Shown in pieces: positions 1 to 11,769 of a stretch of DNA of 64,000 nucleotides. Position 1 is the first letter of the stretch. Each line of letters begins with the position of its first letter. The stretch is taken from positions 64,001 through 128,000 of the forward strand of contig CAWEHK010000037.1 of the NCBI GenBank assembly GCA_963808625.1. Direction: 5' to 3'. A model generated the notes under the pieces. The model was not told where the DNA came from and did not search any database. It worked only from the letters and a program-made list of their open reading frames with translations. This stretch comes from an uncultured delta proteobacterium (lineage in GTDB: Bacteria; Desulfobacterota; Syntrophobacteria; Syntrophobacterales; Syntrophobacteraceae). The position numbers and the translations under genes were made by a program.

Positions 1-102
1 CGTAAGACTGAAGCTCATTTTTGTGAAACCCCACGCCCTTGGTGAAAAAAGCCTTGGTGGGCACGATCATCGTTACGCTCCTTATGCTCCCCGAAATGCG
101 AA

Positions 103-130
103 AGGGGCTAGCTGCGTTAGCTAACCCCCT
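103..130 (-). terminator. Hairpin directly downstream of tRNA-Cys, probable intrinsic terminator
   Basis: Minus strand AGGGGGTTAGC-TAACGCA-GCTAGCCCCT followed by a short T-rich tail, about 8 nt after the tRNA CCA end. Confidence 0.5.
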
Positions 131-138
131 GGTTTTCA

Positions 139-213
139 TGGAGGCGGCAACCGGACTTGAACCGGTGAATAACGGTTTTGCAGACCGCTCCCTTGCCACT
201 TGGGTATGCCGCC
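139..213 (-). tRNA. tRNA-Cys(GCA)
   Basis: Reverse complement GGCGGCATACCCAAGTGGCAAGGGAGCGGTCTGCAAAACCGTTATTCACCGGTTCAAGTCCGGTTGCCGCCTCCA: acceptor stem, GCA anticodon, GGTTCAAGTCC T-loop, encoded CCA. Confidence 0.95.
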
Positions 214-254
214 ACACTTCACGGTCTGTCTAACGGAAAACTAGGGTCCTGTCA

Positions 255-1631
<1,377 letters not shown>

Positions 1632-1736
1632 TCACGAATAAATCTTGACCGCTATGAATAGCTTTTAAACCTAAATTACAATAGATCGCCATGTCTCCAT
1701 GCTAATCAATCCTAAAAGAAAGGGTGGCGTTGAATT

Positions 1737-2306
1737 ATGGGAACGACTCTGACCGCGGGTGACTTGCGTAAAGGGATCAAACTGGAGATCGATGGCGAGC
1801 CTTATATGGTCGTTGACTTTGAATTTTCCAAGCCGGGGAAGGGGCAGGCGCTCTATCGCTGTCGCCTGCGAAACATGATTACGGGATCGCAGTTTGACCG
1901 CACCTACCGTTCCGGCGATAAGTTCATGAGCGCGGACCTGGAAGAACAGCAAATGCAGTTCCTTTATCATGACGGTAAGCGTTACCATTTTATGAACACC
2001 AGCAATTATGACCAGCTCGAACTCACCGAGGAGCAGGTGGGAGACGCGATCAATTATCTCACTGAAAATCAGATGACGGACATGCTGCTTTTCCAGGGTC
2101 GTCCCATCGGCGTCAGTCTGCCCAACTTCGTGACCCTTAAGGTGACGCGAGCGGACCCGTGGCTTAAAGGCGACACGGCCGCCGGCGGCACGAAACCGAT
2201 CACCCTCGAGACCGGTTTTGTCATTCAGGGTCCGCTCTTTATCGAGGAAGGCGAAACCTTGAAGATCGACACGCGCACGGGGACCTACGTGGAACGAGTC
2301 AAATAG
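1737..2306 (+). CDS. efp: Elongation factor P
   Basis: KPGKG modification loop, RTYRSGD, KGDTA, IDTRTGTYVER. Confidence 0.97.
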   Translation: MGTTLTAGDLRKGIKLEIDGEPYMVVDFEFSKPGKGQALYRCRLRNMITGSQFDRTYRSGDKFMSADLEEQQMQFLYHDGKRYHFMNTSNYDQLELTEEQVGDAINYLTENQMTDMLLFQGRPIGVSLPNFVTLKVTRADPWLKGDTAAGGTKPITLETGFVIQGPLFIEEGETLKIDTRTGTYVERVK

Positions 2307-2314
2307 GCCCAACC

Positions 2315-3235
2315 ATGGGCGAACGCGAAATCCTGGCCGCCAAGCGAGCCCACCTCGAATTGCGCGCACGGGTCCTGCACAGTGCGCGCAAGTTCTTTTT
2401 GGATGAGGGGTTTCTCGAAGTTCAGACCCCTCTGCTCACCTCCGAATTGGCCCCGGAGCCTCATATCGAGCCGACCCCTGCGGGCGATAAACAGACCCTT
2501 ATCACCAGCCCGGAACTCTACATGAAACGCCTGCTGGCCGCAGGGTATGAGAAAATTTTTCAAATTTCTCCGGCCTTCCGCAGCGACGAGCGAGGTCGGT
2601 TGCATCATCCCGAATTCACCCTTCTCGAGTGGTACCGCACGGGCGTCGATTACAGTGCTCTGCAGGATGATTGCAGGGAACTTATCGCAGCCATCTGCAG
2701 AGGCACCGGGCGCCATTCCGGATGGTTTTTTCAGAAGCGGTGGCTGGAGGTTGAAGGAGAGTGGCAATGCTTGACGGTGCGCGAAGCCTTTCGCCGATTT
2801 GCCGGCTGGGACCCGGTCATGGAAGCAGATGAGAACCGGTTTGACCTTGACCTCGTGGAGAAGGTGGAACCCCTTCTCGGCTTTCCCCGGCCCTGCATCT
2901 TGAAAGACTACCCGGCAAGCCAGGCAGCCCTTGCCCGGCTGAAACCCGACGACCCCTCGGTGGCGGAACGGTTCGAACTCTACTGGGCCGGCATAGAATT
3001 GGCCAATGGTTTCAGTGAACTGACCGACGCCCGAGAACAGCGGCGCCGCTTTGAAGCGGTTCTTGAGATGCGCCGGCAGTCGGGTTATCCCCCCTACCCT
3101 CTTCCCGAGGCCTTTCTCGACAGCATGACTCACCTGCCCCCCTGCGCCGGGATTGCCTTCGGGATGGACCGCCTGGTGATGCTCCTGGCCAATGCCGACA
3201 GCATCGATGAGGTCGTTGCGTTTCCACCGGATTAG
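2315..3235 (+). CDS. epmA: EF-P lysine aminoacylase (EpmA/GenX/PoxA)
   Basis: LysRS-like catalytic domain without anticodon-binding domain: LITSPELYMKRLLAAG, HHPEFTLLEWYR, ERFELY..GIELANGFSEL, GIAFGMDRL; adjacent to efp. Confidence 0.93.
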   Translation: MGEREILAAKRAHLELRARVLHSARKFFLDEGFLEVQTPLLTSELAPEPHIEPTPAGDKQTLITSPELYMKRLLAAGYEKIFQISPAFRSDERGRLHHPEFTLLEWYRTGVDYSALQDDCRELIAAICRGTGRHSGWFFQKRWLEVEGEWQCLTVREAFRRFAGWDPVMEADENRFDLDLVEKVEPLLGFPRPCILKDYPASQAALARLKPDDPSVAERFELYWAGIELANGFSELTDAREQRRRFEAVLEMRRQSGYPPYPLPEAFLDSMTHLPPCAGIAFGMDRLVMLLANADSIDEVVAFPPD

Positions 3236-3278
3236 CCCTTGGCTCTTGGCTGTTGGCTCTTAGCTCTTAGCTCTTGGT
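3236..3278. repeat. Heptamer microsatellite (GCTCTTR)n
   Basis: gcccttg gctcttg gctgttg gctctta gctctta gctcttg just after the epmA stop. Confidence 0.7.
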
Positions 3279-3330
3279 TCCCGGCCCCTTGAAATTATAC
3301 CCGCGACGGGCTGCCTGTCGGCCGATGAAT

Positions 3331-4100
3331 GCCCTGAAAGGGCTTCATAAGATAGCCCAGGGTAAGCAACCGCGCCACCCTGGGAGAGGGAGCCCAAACC
3401 CTGTCCTATACCCTGAAAGGGTTAGATAAATCGTTGTGTGTGCCCGTATGAATTATGTAACCCCTTCAGGGTAAATATTCGGGTTGTCCTTGCTTCCCCA
3501 GGGTGGCGCTAACGCTGACCCTGGGCTGATTTATCGAGCCCTTTCAGGGCAAAAACGTCAGTTGTTCCTGGTTCCCCAGGTGGCGCCAGCGCTGACCCTG
3601 GGTTGATTTATCGAGCCCTTTCAGGGCAAAAACGTCAGTTGTTCCCTGGTTCCCCCAGGGTGGCGCTAGCACTGACCCTGGGCTGATTTATCGAGCCCTT
3701 TCAGGGCAAAAACGTCAGTTGTTCCTGGCTCCCCAGGATGGCGCCCTGAGGGTAACGTCAGTTGCACTTGTTCCTGGCCCCAGCACTGACCCTGGGCTGA
3801 TTTATCGAGCCCTTTCAGGGCAAAAACGTCAGTTGTTCCTGGTTCCCCAGGATGGCACCAGCGCTGACCCTGGGCTGATTTATCAAGCCCTTTCAGGGCA
3901 AAAACGTCAGTTGCTCCTGGTTCCCCAGGATGGCACCAGCGCTGACCCTGGGCTGATTTATCGAGCCCTTTCAGGGCAAAAACGTTATTGTTTTTCCTGA
4001 TTCCCCAGGATGGCACCAGCACTGACCCTGGGCTGATTTATCAAGCCCCTTCGGGGCGAAAAAGCCGCTCCCCTAATTTATCGAGCCCCTTCAGGGCGAA
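3331..4100. repeat. REP-like inverted doublet whose right arm is amplified into about 7 tandem 78-bp units
   Basis: Unit CCCCAGGATGGCACCAGCGCTGACCCTGGGCTGATTTATCGAGCCCTTTCAGGGCAAAAACGTCAGTTGTTCCTGGTT; TGACCCTGGG recurs at 3787, 3865, 3943, 4023; inverted arm at 3331-3430; related copy at 46839-46937. Confidence 0.9.
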
Positions 4101-4360
4101 AACGTCAGCTTGATGCGCATGGGGCACATGTCTTCTTGCCAATAAACCTGTAGGCTTACAAGTAATACGCGAAAACGTCAGCTTGATGCGTACGGGGCAC
4201 ATGTCCCTTTGCTGGTGGGCACAGCCTGTGCTGCGGGATGCCGTGCCGCTGCCGGACGTTACCTCGGGCGACGAATCTACCGGTACCTCGGCAGCGTATT
4301 TTGGCTTCTTACCCGCTTCCTCACCCGTGGTGCTCACTCCGCCTTCCACTCCGGCTCGAT

Positions 4361-4388
4361 GGGGCGGAGGGTTCCACCCATCCGCCCC
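4361..4388 (-). promoter_or_regulatory. GC-rich hairpin with a 3-nt GGA loop about 50 nt downstream of the FGE-domain stop; candidate DGR target-recognition hairpin
   Basis: Minus strand GGGGCGGA(T)GGGT-GGA-ACCCTCCGCCCC; no U-tract follows. Confidence 0.5.
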
Positions 4389-4436
4389 CTCGGCCTGCGT
4401 TCCAGGCTCCGTTCGCTCCTGCCTGCTGGAACCTGC

Positions 4437-7400
4437 CTACCCGCCAGACGGAACTGGGGCCACGCGGAAGCCGAGACCGCCGTACCGGCGGACGGCTCGC
4501 CCCGTACCGGTACGCCGCCCGGCAGTACCCGGCAGAGCCGACCCAGCTGCCGCCCCGGATCACCCGGGACGAGGCCCCAGCGGCACCCGTTGGGTTGACT
4601 GCCAAGTCGGCCTGATACCGCCCCAGCCAATCCGCGCACCATTCCCATACGTTTCCCGCCAGGTCGCAAATGCCGTCAGGCGTCGTGCCGAGCGGATAGA
4701 CGCCGACCGGGGTCGCATGGCCAATCTCGCTCTTATCGTAATTAAGCCGGGAAGGATCGGGCTCTTCATCCCCCCAGGGATACTTGCGTCCCTCACTGCC
4801 CCGTGCCGCTCGCTCCCACTCCGCTTCCGTAGGCAGCCGGAGCCCAGCCCAGCGGCAGTAGGCCGAGGCTTCATACCAGCTCACCCCAACCACGGGGCGC
4901 GACGGGTGCAACCGTTGCTCGTCCCAGCCCTCCGGCCCGGAGAAATTCACCAAATCCCCCCGCTTCCCACCAGCGCTCGTTTTCGTACCCCTCATCCTCG
5001 ATAAATCTCCGATACAGATCCACGGTAACCGGATAGCGGGCAATCGAGAAAGCATCCAGGTAGACCTTATGGACCGGTGATTCGCTCCAGTCCGCATCTT
5101 TATCCTCATACGCATCAGGATCATAGTTGGGTTTTTTCCGGTCGCCTTCTGCGCTCCCATCCAAAACTCGCCGGCGGGAATGGTCACCCAGTAGTCATCC
5201 CGGCGACGGATCAAGGCGCGGGTCGCCGGCCTGCCCGAGGGCTTCCGCAGCCTCAATGCGGGTTTCCAGGGGGACGGTCTGCGACCTCTTGCGGTCGAAG
5301 ATGGCCATGACCCGATGCAGCAATTCCTGGTACTGGTGATCGGGAGGTTCGTAAGCCCACCGGCGCCAGGTCGCGCAGAATGGCTCCCATCAGCCCCGCA
5401 CAGCGGGCCTGTTCAGCGAGTGGAGCGCGGCTTCCCGCCTTATCGAGCATCGCTTTCACCAGGTTGTCCACTTTAGCTCGTCCCTGTTCGTGGAGGATGC
5501 CCGCAAAAAGCAACACCACTTCCCGCCACTCGGGGAGATACAGCTTGGCCGGCGGCCCCCACAGCAGACGGTGCTGCTCGGCTTCGGGCCGGGCGGCAAG
5601 GGCGCGGGCGGCCAGGAATTCCTGGAAGGTGCGGTGCCAGTACTGCACCTGGTTGCCCCGACGGACCACGATGCCACTGTCGAGCTCCTCGTCTTCGAGA
5701 AAATGCTCGGCACGTGAAATCGCCTCCTTGTCGACCTGGCCGCGCGTCCATTCCCGGGCAATCTCTTCTGCGGCCCAGCGTTTGGGAACCTCGGTGCGCA
5801 TCCCCTCGGGGTGGTTCTGCATGGCCAGCGCCAGTTCCTGGAGAAGCACCACGGTATAATCGGCCGTCACCCGCCCCGGCCGTTGCTCGCGCGAGCGCGA
5901 GAGCCAGCGGATGATGGATTCGTAAAGATCGGCCCGTTGTTCGGGCAGACGGCGCTCATTCCAGTGCACGACCGCCAGCGCCGTCAGCATCACCGGATTA
6001 CGGGCCAGGCGGCGAATCTCCGGCCGCGCCTGCAACGCCAGGAGCAATTCCGAACAGTGTTTCGGCCAGGGGAGTGCTGGTCGGCTCTCCCGGTAAAGCG
6101 CCTTGCACCAGTGAGAGAGGAAGGTCTTCACCGCCTCGTCGGAAAGGGGGTCGATGCGGGCGTGCTCAAAGCCGGGCAGGATCACCTTCTTCCGTGTAGC
6201 CCGCGGGGCGGCTGGTCACCACCAGTCGGCACCCGGGTAGGTCCCGGCGGCGCTCCCGATCCACCGAGAAAGGCGTTCGCGGGCCAGGCGGTCAGCCGCC
6301 TCGTCCAGCCCATCCAGCAGCACGGTGCACCGCCCGTCTGCCAGTTGCCGGCGGAAGAAGTCAGGGGTCAGCCCCAGGCCGCAGTCACCGCAGGTCGCCC
6401 CCAGGTAGTGCGGCAGCCAGAGCTGGCGAACCATCTCCGGACGGGGCCGCAGAATCTTTCTTGTGCCGCGAGATATACTCATCCAGCTCATTCAGCCGGA
6501 TAAGGATGGGAAAGGTCCGTTCGCCAATGCCGAGACGCGTTCGAGCCGCCTCGGGCGCCTGGCCCAGCTCCGTCTGGCAGAGAACGTTCGCCAGCCTGCG
6601 GAGAAAGGTGGTCTTCCCTGCCCCGGGATCGCCGATCACTACCAGCCGGTCGTGCCTGAGCGCAGCATCCAGCGGCAAGGTCCGGCTTTCGCCGAGGGCC
6701 CCTTCCCTTCCGATTCCCTTCTCCCGGCCCTTGCGTCCGCCTTTGGGCGACGTTTGGTCGCGGCCCGCTAAAGTTTGGGTTGCGGTAAGGGTAATGAAAA
6801 GATCCTCAATGGGAAAGCGATGAACCTGCTGCTGGCCTGTCATCAAGCCGCGAATCTCGATGTGGCTGGTCTTCTCAAGCAAGTCCTGCAAGTATGCCGA
6901 GGGATCGGCGATAGGCGCCGGTGGCTTTTCCGGCACTCCCGGCGCCAGGGGTGCAATCGAATACAAAACCTTCCGCAGATGCTCGTCGACCAGTTCGGCA
7001 AAGCTCTCTTTCGAACCCCTGACGCCCAGGTAAGCTTTGTGGAGCCCCTTCTTCTCCAACTTCTTCCTGAATCGCTGGACCTTGGCGCATTGACTGAGAT
7101 CCTGCTTCTCGGGATCGATCACTTCCCTGCTGAAATAGAAAAGAATCCAGGGCTTCCCGAATTTTCCCCAACGGTTCAGCGCATCATTGAATTCCTTCTC
7201 CGTGCCCGATCCATACTGACCGGTGCGGGTGCCGAAGCGGTGCTTCATGATGCCGAGATAGATGTCATAGGGGGGAAGCTGCCGGTCGATCACCTCCTGA
7301 GGTTCCGGGCCGATCTGGGGAACGCTGTCTTCCTCCCATTTCCACACCTCGAGGCGAGCTTTGCGCTCGGCGCCATCCGTCCGATTGATGCGAGCGACGA

Positions 7401-7491
7401 CTTCATCCAAGGCCTTCCTCTCTTCTGCCACGTCGCTCGGCGAAGACACGAATACACGAATGATGCGCACTGTCTCAGGGTCTTCGTTCAT
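4437..7491 (-). CDS. STAND NTPase: DUF4062-like N-terminus + NACHT + C-terminal FGE-sulfatase (C-type lectin fold) domain; several frameshifts
   Basis: RVFVSSPSDVAEER (N-term), GDPGAGKTT Walker A, LLDGLDE Walker B, NPVMLT, FWMG, LPTEAEWERAARG, YPWG, DLAGNVWEWC, RVIRGGSW...LGFRVA in successive frames. Confidence 0.88.
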
Positions 7492-7649
7492 AGCTGCGCT
7501 CCCTGATTGGGCAATAATTGCATAGGCATCCCGAAAAACCTCCAATGATCAGCCATCAACAGGGCCGCAGCATAGCGACTTTGCTCATGGGGAGGTAACC
7601 CAGGGGGAGAGCGGTATGCACTCTCCGGCTTAACTCGGCGAAAGTCCGT

Positions 7650-7752
7650 AGTCTGTTCTGGTGGGCGCCAAAAGACGCGCCCACCCTACTTCCGATTCCT
7701 GCGACTAACCGTGTCTCGTAGGGTGGGCACAACGCTTTATCGTGCCCACCAA
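7650..7752. repeat. REP-like palindromes (GTAGGGTGGGCAC...GTGCCCACC family), inverted pair
   Basis: ggtgggcgc..gcgcccaccctac and gtagggtgggcac..gtgcccacc. Confidence 0.65.
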
Positions 7753-7781
7753 TACGGGTTGAGGACTTCTCCTGTGCTGTC

Positions 7782-9011
7782 CTAGGGCATTGCTCCCGCT
7801 CTCTCGTAAAATGCCATGCTGGCAAAGGTCACGAACGAGTTCTGGTTGTCCACAACCGCATGGGTGTGTTCGAGGACTTCTCCGGCCGCCGAGCCTTCGA
7901 GGATCTTGGCGAGCACATAGAGAGAGGCCATCCCACAGACGCGACGGCGATTCCGGCCGCGGCCCACTCGCTCCATGAATTCCAGGGGATCGCATTTGCC
8001 GAGGCTCTCGAGCAGTTCGCCATCGGCCTCGAGGTGTTCTCGAACCGTGCCCGCATGAGGGCGAAAGAGGTCCCCATAGCGGGGACCGATATGCGCCAGG
8101 TCCACACTGGCGATAAACCCGACGGCGTGGCCGCCCTCCCGCGCCAGGTCGCGAAGCAATTCCGCTACGCCATCGATATAGGCGCGATCGGTTTCCCAGT
8201 CTTCCAGGGAATAGGAGCAGAGCAGCGGCACGATCCGAGACGACGGTTGGGTGTGCGCCAGGAATACCGCCTGAAATTCGATGGTGTGTTCCTTGCGATG
8301 GAGGTATTCACCAGCCATAAGGTCGCGGGGAGAACGCTGCTGGAGTTTCTCGCCGTACCCCCGGTCACAGGGCACCAGCCCGAGCGGTGTTTCAAAGTCC
8401 TTTAGGGTCAGGGCAAAATAGTTCTCAACCGGTTCGTGGCCCGTTCCGAGGACCACCCAGGTGGATGGGGCATCGTTTCGCATCGCCGCCCGGTAGGCAT
8501 GCGCAAAGCACACTCCGCCGGCGGTGAGATCGATGTGGGGCGCCATGAGCCCGACCAGGCGCTTCTCCGTTTCGTTCCGCGCCTCCTTCGATCCCGGAAT
8601 ATCGGAAAAGAAGCCGTCCAGTTGTGCCCGCAACGCTGCGGAGTCCAGGGGATAGCTCTTGCCGGCGAACTGCATTCTGCGCACCGGGTCCTGATAAAAT
8701 TCATTCCGTTCCTGGGAGACCACGCGCAGAAAACGTTCATTTTCCAGGAAAAGATTTTCATCCAATTTCTTAATGAAGTCCTGGAGGTTTTCCATGAAAA
8801 GCAGTTCTCCGGTCTTTCTTACGTAATAAGCCTGGAGGTCCCGCAGCGAGTTCTCTCCGTTCATCTGGAAGAGGAGAGCAGCGAGCGGCAGAGGAATCAG
8901 TAACGTATCACGAGCATACCCCCGGCCGTCGCGGAGTACGACGAGCCGCTGCCCTTGATGGTCAACCGGCACCGCTTCCAGCCCGTTACGCAGCTTTGGA
9001 TAATCAAGCAT
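7782..9011 (-). CDS. amrB: AmmeMemoRadiSam system protein B (MEMO1 family) with N-terminal extension
   Basis: AGKSYP, GLMAPHID, LGTGH, EHTIEFQ, SVDLAHIGPRYGD, VCG motifs. Confidence 0.85.
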   Translation of the reverse strand: MLDYPKLRNGLEAVPVDHQGQRLVVLRDGRGYARDTLLIPLPLAALLFQMNGENSLRDLQAYYVRKTGELLFMENLQDFIKKLDENLFLENERFLRVVSQERNEFYQDPVRRMQFAGKSYPLDSAALRAQLDGFFSDIPGSKEARNETEKRLVGLMAPHIDLTAGGVCFAHAYRAAMRNDAPSTWVVLGTGHEPVENYFALTLKDFETPLGLVPCDRGYGEKLQQRSPRDLMAGEYLHRKEHTIEFQAVFLAHTQPSSRIVPLLCSYSLEDWETDRAYIDGVAELLRDLAREGGHAVGFIASVDLAHIGPRYGDLFRPHAGTVREHLEADGELLESLGKCDPLEFMERVGRGRNRRRVCGMASLYVLAKILEGSAAGEVLEHTHAVVDNQNSFVTFASMAFYERAGAMP

Positions 9012-9247
9012 GGCTTCGTCCCATCTTCGAAAGTGCCCCGGTGAAATCGGTCAATGCTCTTGACACCTTCGCAGGTCCTTGGGAAAATGAATTTCTCTCA
9101 TACCGTTCAGCCTCAGCATGAGCCCTTCGCGATTTTTCCGATTTTCCGCTGAGACATTGACTGCCCGCATCAACTATGGTACCGATAAAAGCTTGCACTT
9201 TACGATTTTTTTCAATGTTTTCAGGTCATTTTTATACAGGGACGAGA

Positions 9248-10962
9248 ATGACGTCAACACATCTTCGCTGGTTTCTTGTGGCTGTTGTGGCAACCATCAC
9301 TGGTTGCACGCAGCTCGCGGTGCCCCAGAACCCGCTCAGGCCAAAGGTGCCGCAACCGCCTTCCACGGCATCGCTGACGGAGGCAAATTCTTACTATGAG
9401 TACCTGGCGGCGCAAAACTACGTCCGTACCAATCAGATTGAACAGGCCGTTGAAGCATATAACAAAGCTCTGCAAAAAGATCCACACTCGGCGGTGCTGC
9501 TCACCGAACTCGCCTCCTTGTATGTGCGGCAGGGCAAGATTGATGCGGCCCTCAAGCTGACCGAAGATGCGGTCACTTACAACCCCGATTATGAACACGC
9601 CTACCTGATGCTGGGCCAGCTTTACGCCGGGACCGGGCAGAGCAGCAAAGCCATCATGACCTATAAACGACTCATCGAGATAGACCCTACGGACGGGGAC
9701 GCGTACCTCCTGCTGGGGACGCTCTACGCACAGGAAGGCCGGGCTACGGAGGCCATGGAGATCTTTGATCGTCTCCAGCAGCTGTACCCTGACAGTCCGA
9801 TGGCAGCCTACTACAAGGGCCGTGTTTTCCTCGATATGAAACTTTACGATCAAGCCGAAATGGCGTATCAGCAAGTGCTTTCCATGGAACCCTCTTTTGA
9901 AAACGCCCTCCTCGATCTGGCCTACATTTATGAACTGACCGAGCGGCCTAAAGCTGCGGAAGAGACCTATCTCCGCATCCTTTCCTTTGACCCCGGCAGT
10001 GTCCAGGCCAATACCCGCCTGGGCAACCTCTACATGCGCCAGGGCAAGCTGGATCAAGCCCTCCAGTCGTTTGGGCAGCTGCTCCATCGTAATCGAAAAG
10101 ATATCGAAAGCCGCCTGAAGATTGGCATCATCCATCTGCAGCAGAAGAACTATGAGGACGCCATTCAGGATTTCACCTATTTACTGAAAGAAGAACCACA
10201 GTATGACCAGGCCCTCTATTACCTTGGCACCACCTATGAGGAGCAGGGGGACATGCAACAGGCTATCGTAAATCTGCGCATGATTTCCCGCAAGCAGCCC
10301 TTTATGGACGGCAGCACAGGTTCGTCTGGCCCTCATCTTTTCCAAGATCAAAGACTACCGCAGTGGTCAGGAAGTGCTCAGCGAGGCCCTTGCCAAACGG
10401 CCGGACCTTCCCGATCTGTATCTCTACGCCGCGGTCCTTTATGAGGACGAAAAGAAGTACGACGAGGCGATGAGGATGCTTGACAAGGGTCTGGAAAAGG
10501 CGCCCCAGGATGCGGATCTGCTGTTTCGCAAGGGCGCTCTGCTGGACAAGATGGGGAGAAAGAATGAAGCCATCGAGGTGATGCGTAAAATCCTCGCGAC
10601 CGACCCCAAGAATGCCAACGCCCTGAATTACATCGGTTACAGCTATGCCGAGCAGGGTATCAACCTGGTGGAAGCCAGGCAAATGATCAAGACTGCGCCT
10701 CGAGATTGAGCCGGAAGATGGCTACATTATGGACAGCATGGCGTGGGTGACCTACCGGATGGGCCAGCATAAGAAGGCCCTCGACATCATTCTGGAGGCG
10801 ATCAGGCGCGTGCCCCGTGACCCGGTGATGCACGAGCACCTGGGCGACATCTATCTGAGCCTGGGGAAGAAAGCCAAGGCCGCCGAGGCCTATCAGAAGG
10901 CCCTTGAATACGAGCACAGTGAGCCGGAAAAAATTCAGGAAAAGCTCAAAGGACTCCAATGA
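9248..10962 (+). CDS. TPR-repeat lipoprotein (frameshifts near 10300 and 10700)
   Basis: Lipobox-like ITGC, many TPR units, C-terminal ALNYIGYSYAE / DSMAWVTY / HEHLGDIY motifs. Confidence 0.85.
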
Positions 10963-11744
10963 AGTCCACTCTGACCCGGTTGTTTCTACCAATCATTGTG
11001 CTGCTTTCTCTGGGCGGCTGCGCCCACCCGCCGCTTCCGGCCGAGGGACCGCAGCCGGCCTTTTCCGGGGAATGGCTGCCGGCACTCCGGGAGCGTTCCG
11101 AACACTGGACGAGCTACCAGGCGAGAGTGACCCTCAGAGCGCAAACGACAGAGAAGAAGTTCAATCTGAATGCCATAATTCTGGCCAGGCTGCCCGATGA
11201 GTTCCGCCTGGAAGCTTTCCGCTTGGGGCAAACCGTCGGCGTCCTCACCTTGAACCACGGACAATCCAGCCTTTTCGTTCCCTCCGAAAAGGTCGTCTAC
11301 ACCGCAGACCGTTCGGAACGTCTGATCGCCCATTTTTTGGGAATCGCCCTGCCTCTAGACCTTTCGGATACAGCCTGAGCGCCGGGTTGCCGCCGGACCA
11401 ACTGGAGACCTTCAGATCATACGCCATGGTCGCCGAATGGTTCGGATACGCAAAGCCCTCGCCTGAAGGCTGGTCATACGCGTGGCAATTCCTCTCCTCT
11501 CCTCAAAAGATGGCGTCGGTACACATCAAACGGGCAGCCTGGAGCTATGCGATTCGCTATGAACCGCCGGTGGGGTCTGGCGGTGCAGGACGTACCCACA
11601 AAAAATCACTTTCTCCTCGGCCCAATGGCAAATCGAACTGACCGTTCAAGAAATGACGGCTGCTCCCATCCTGCAGGACGCGGTTTTCAATACGGCCTTA
11701 CCGGGGAAGTCCGGCACGTGGATCTGAGCAGTCTGCAACCCTGA
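10959..11744 (+). CDS. Putative LolB-like lipoprotein (frameshifted)
   Basis: Lipobox LGGC, beta-rich sequence, ATGA overlap with the TPR gene (TPR-lolB gene order is common). Confidence 0.5.
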
Positions 11745-11769
11745 AGGCCTAAGCCGATAGCCAAGGATC

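Noticed and set aside
39..233. 64-aa ORF at the window start
   Set aside because: It overlaps tRNA-Cys on the opposite strand
3666..4022. Repeat-containing ORFs on either strand
   Set aside because: The 78-bp unit is a multiple of 3, so open frames arise by chance; the unit is a palindromic REP-like sequence also found intergenically at 46839
3500..4100. CRISPR array
   Set aside because: Units are repeated in full (78 bp) with no unique spacers, and there are no cas genes in the window
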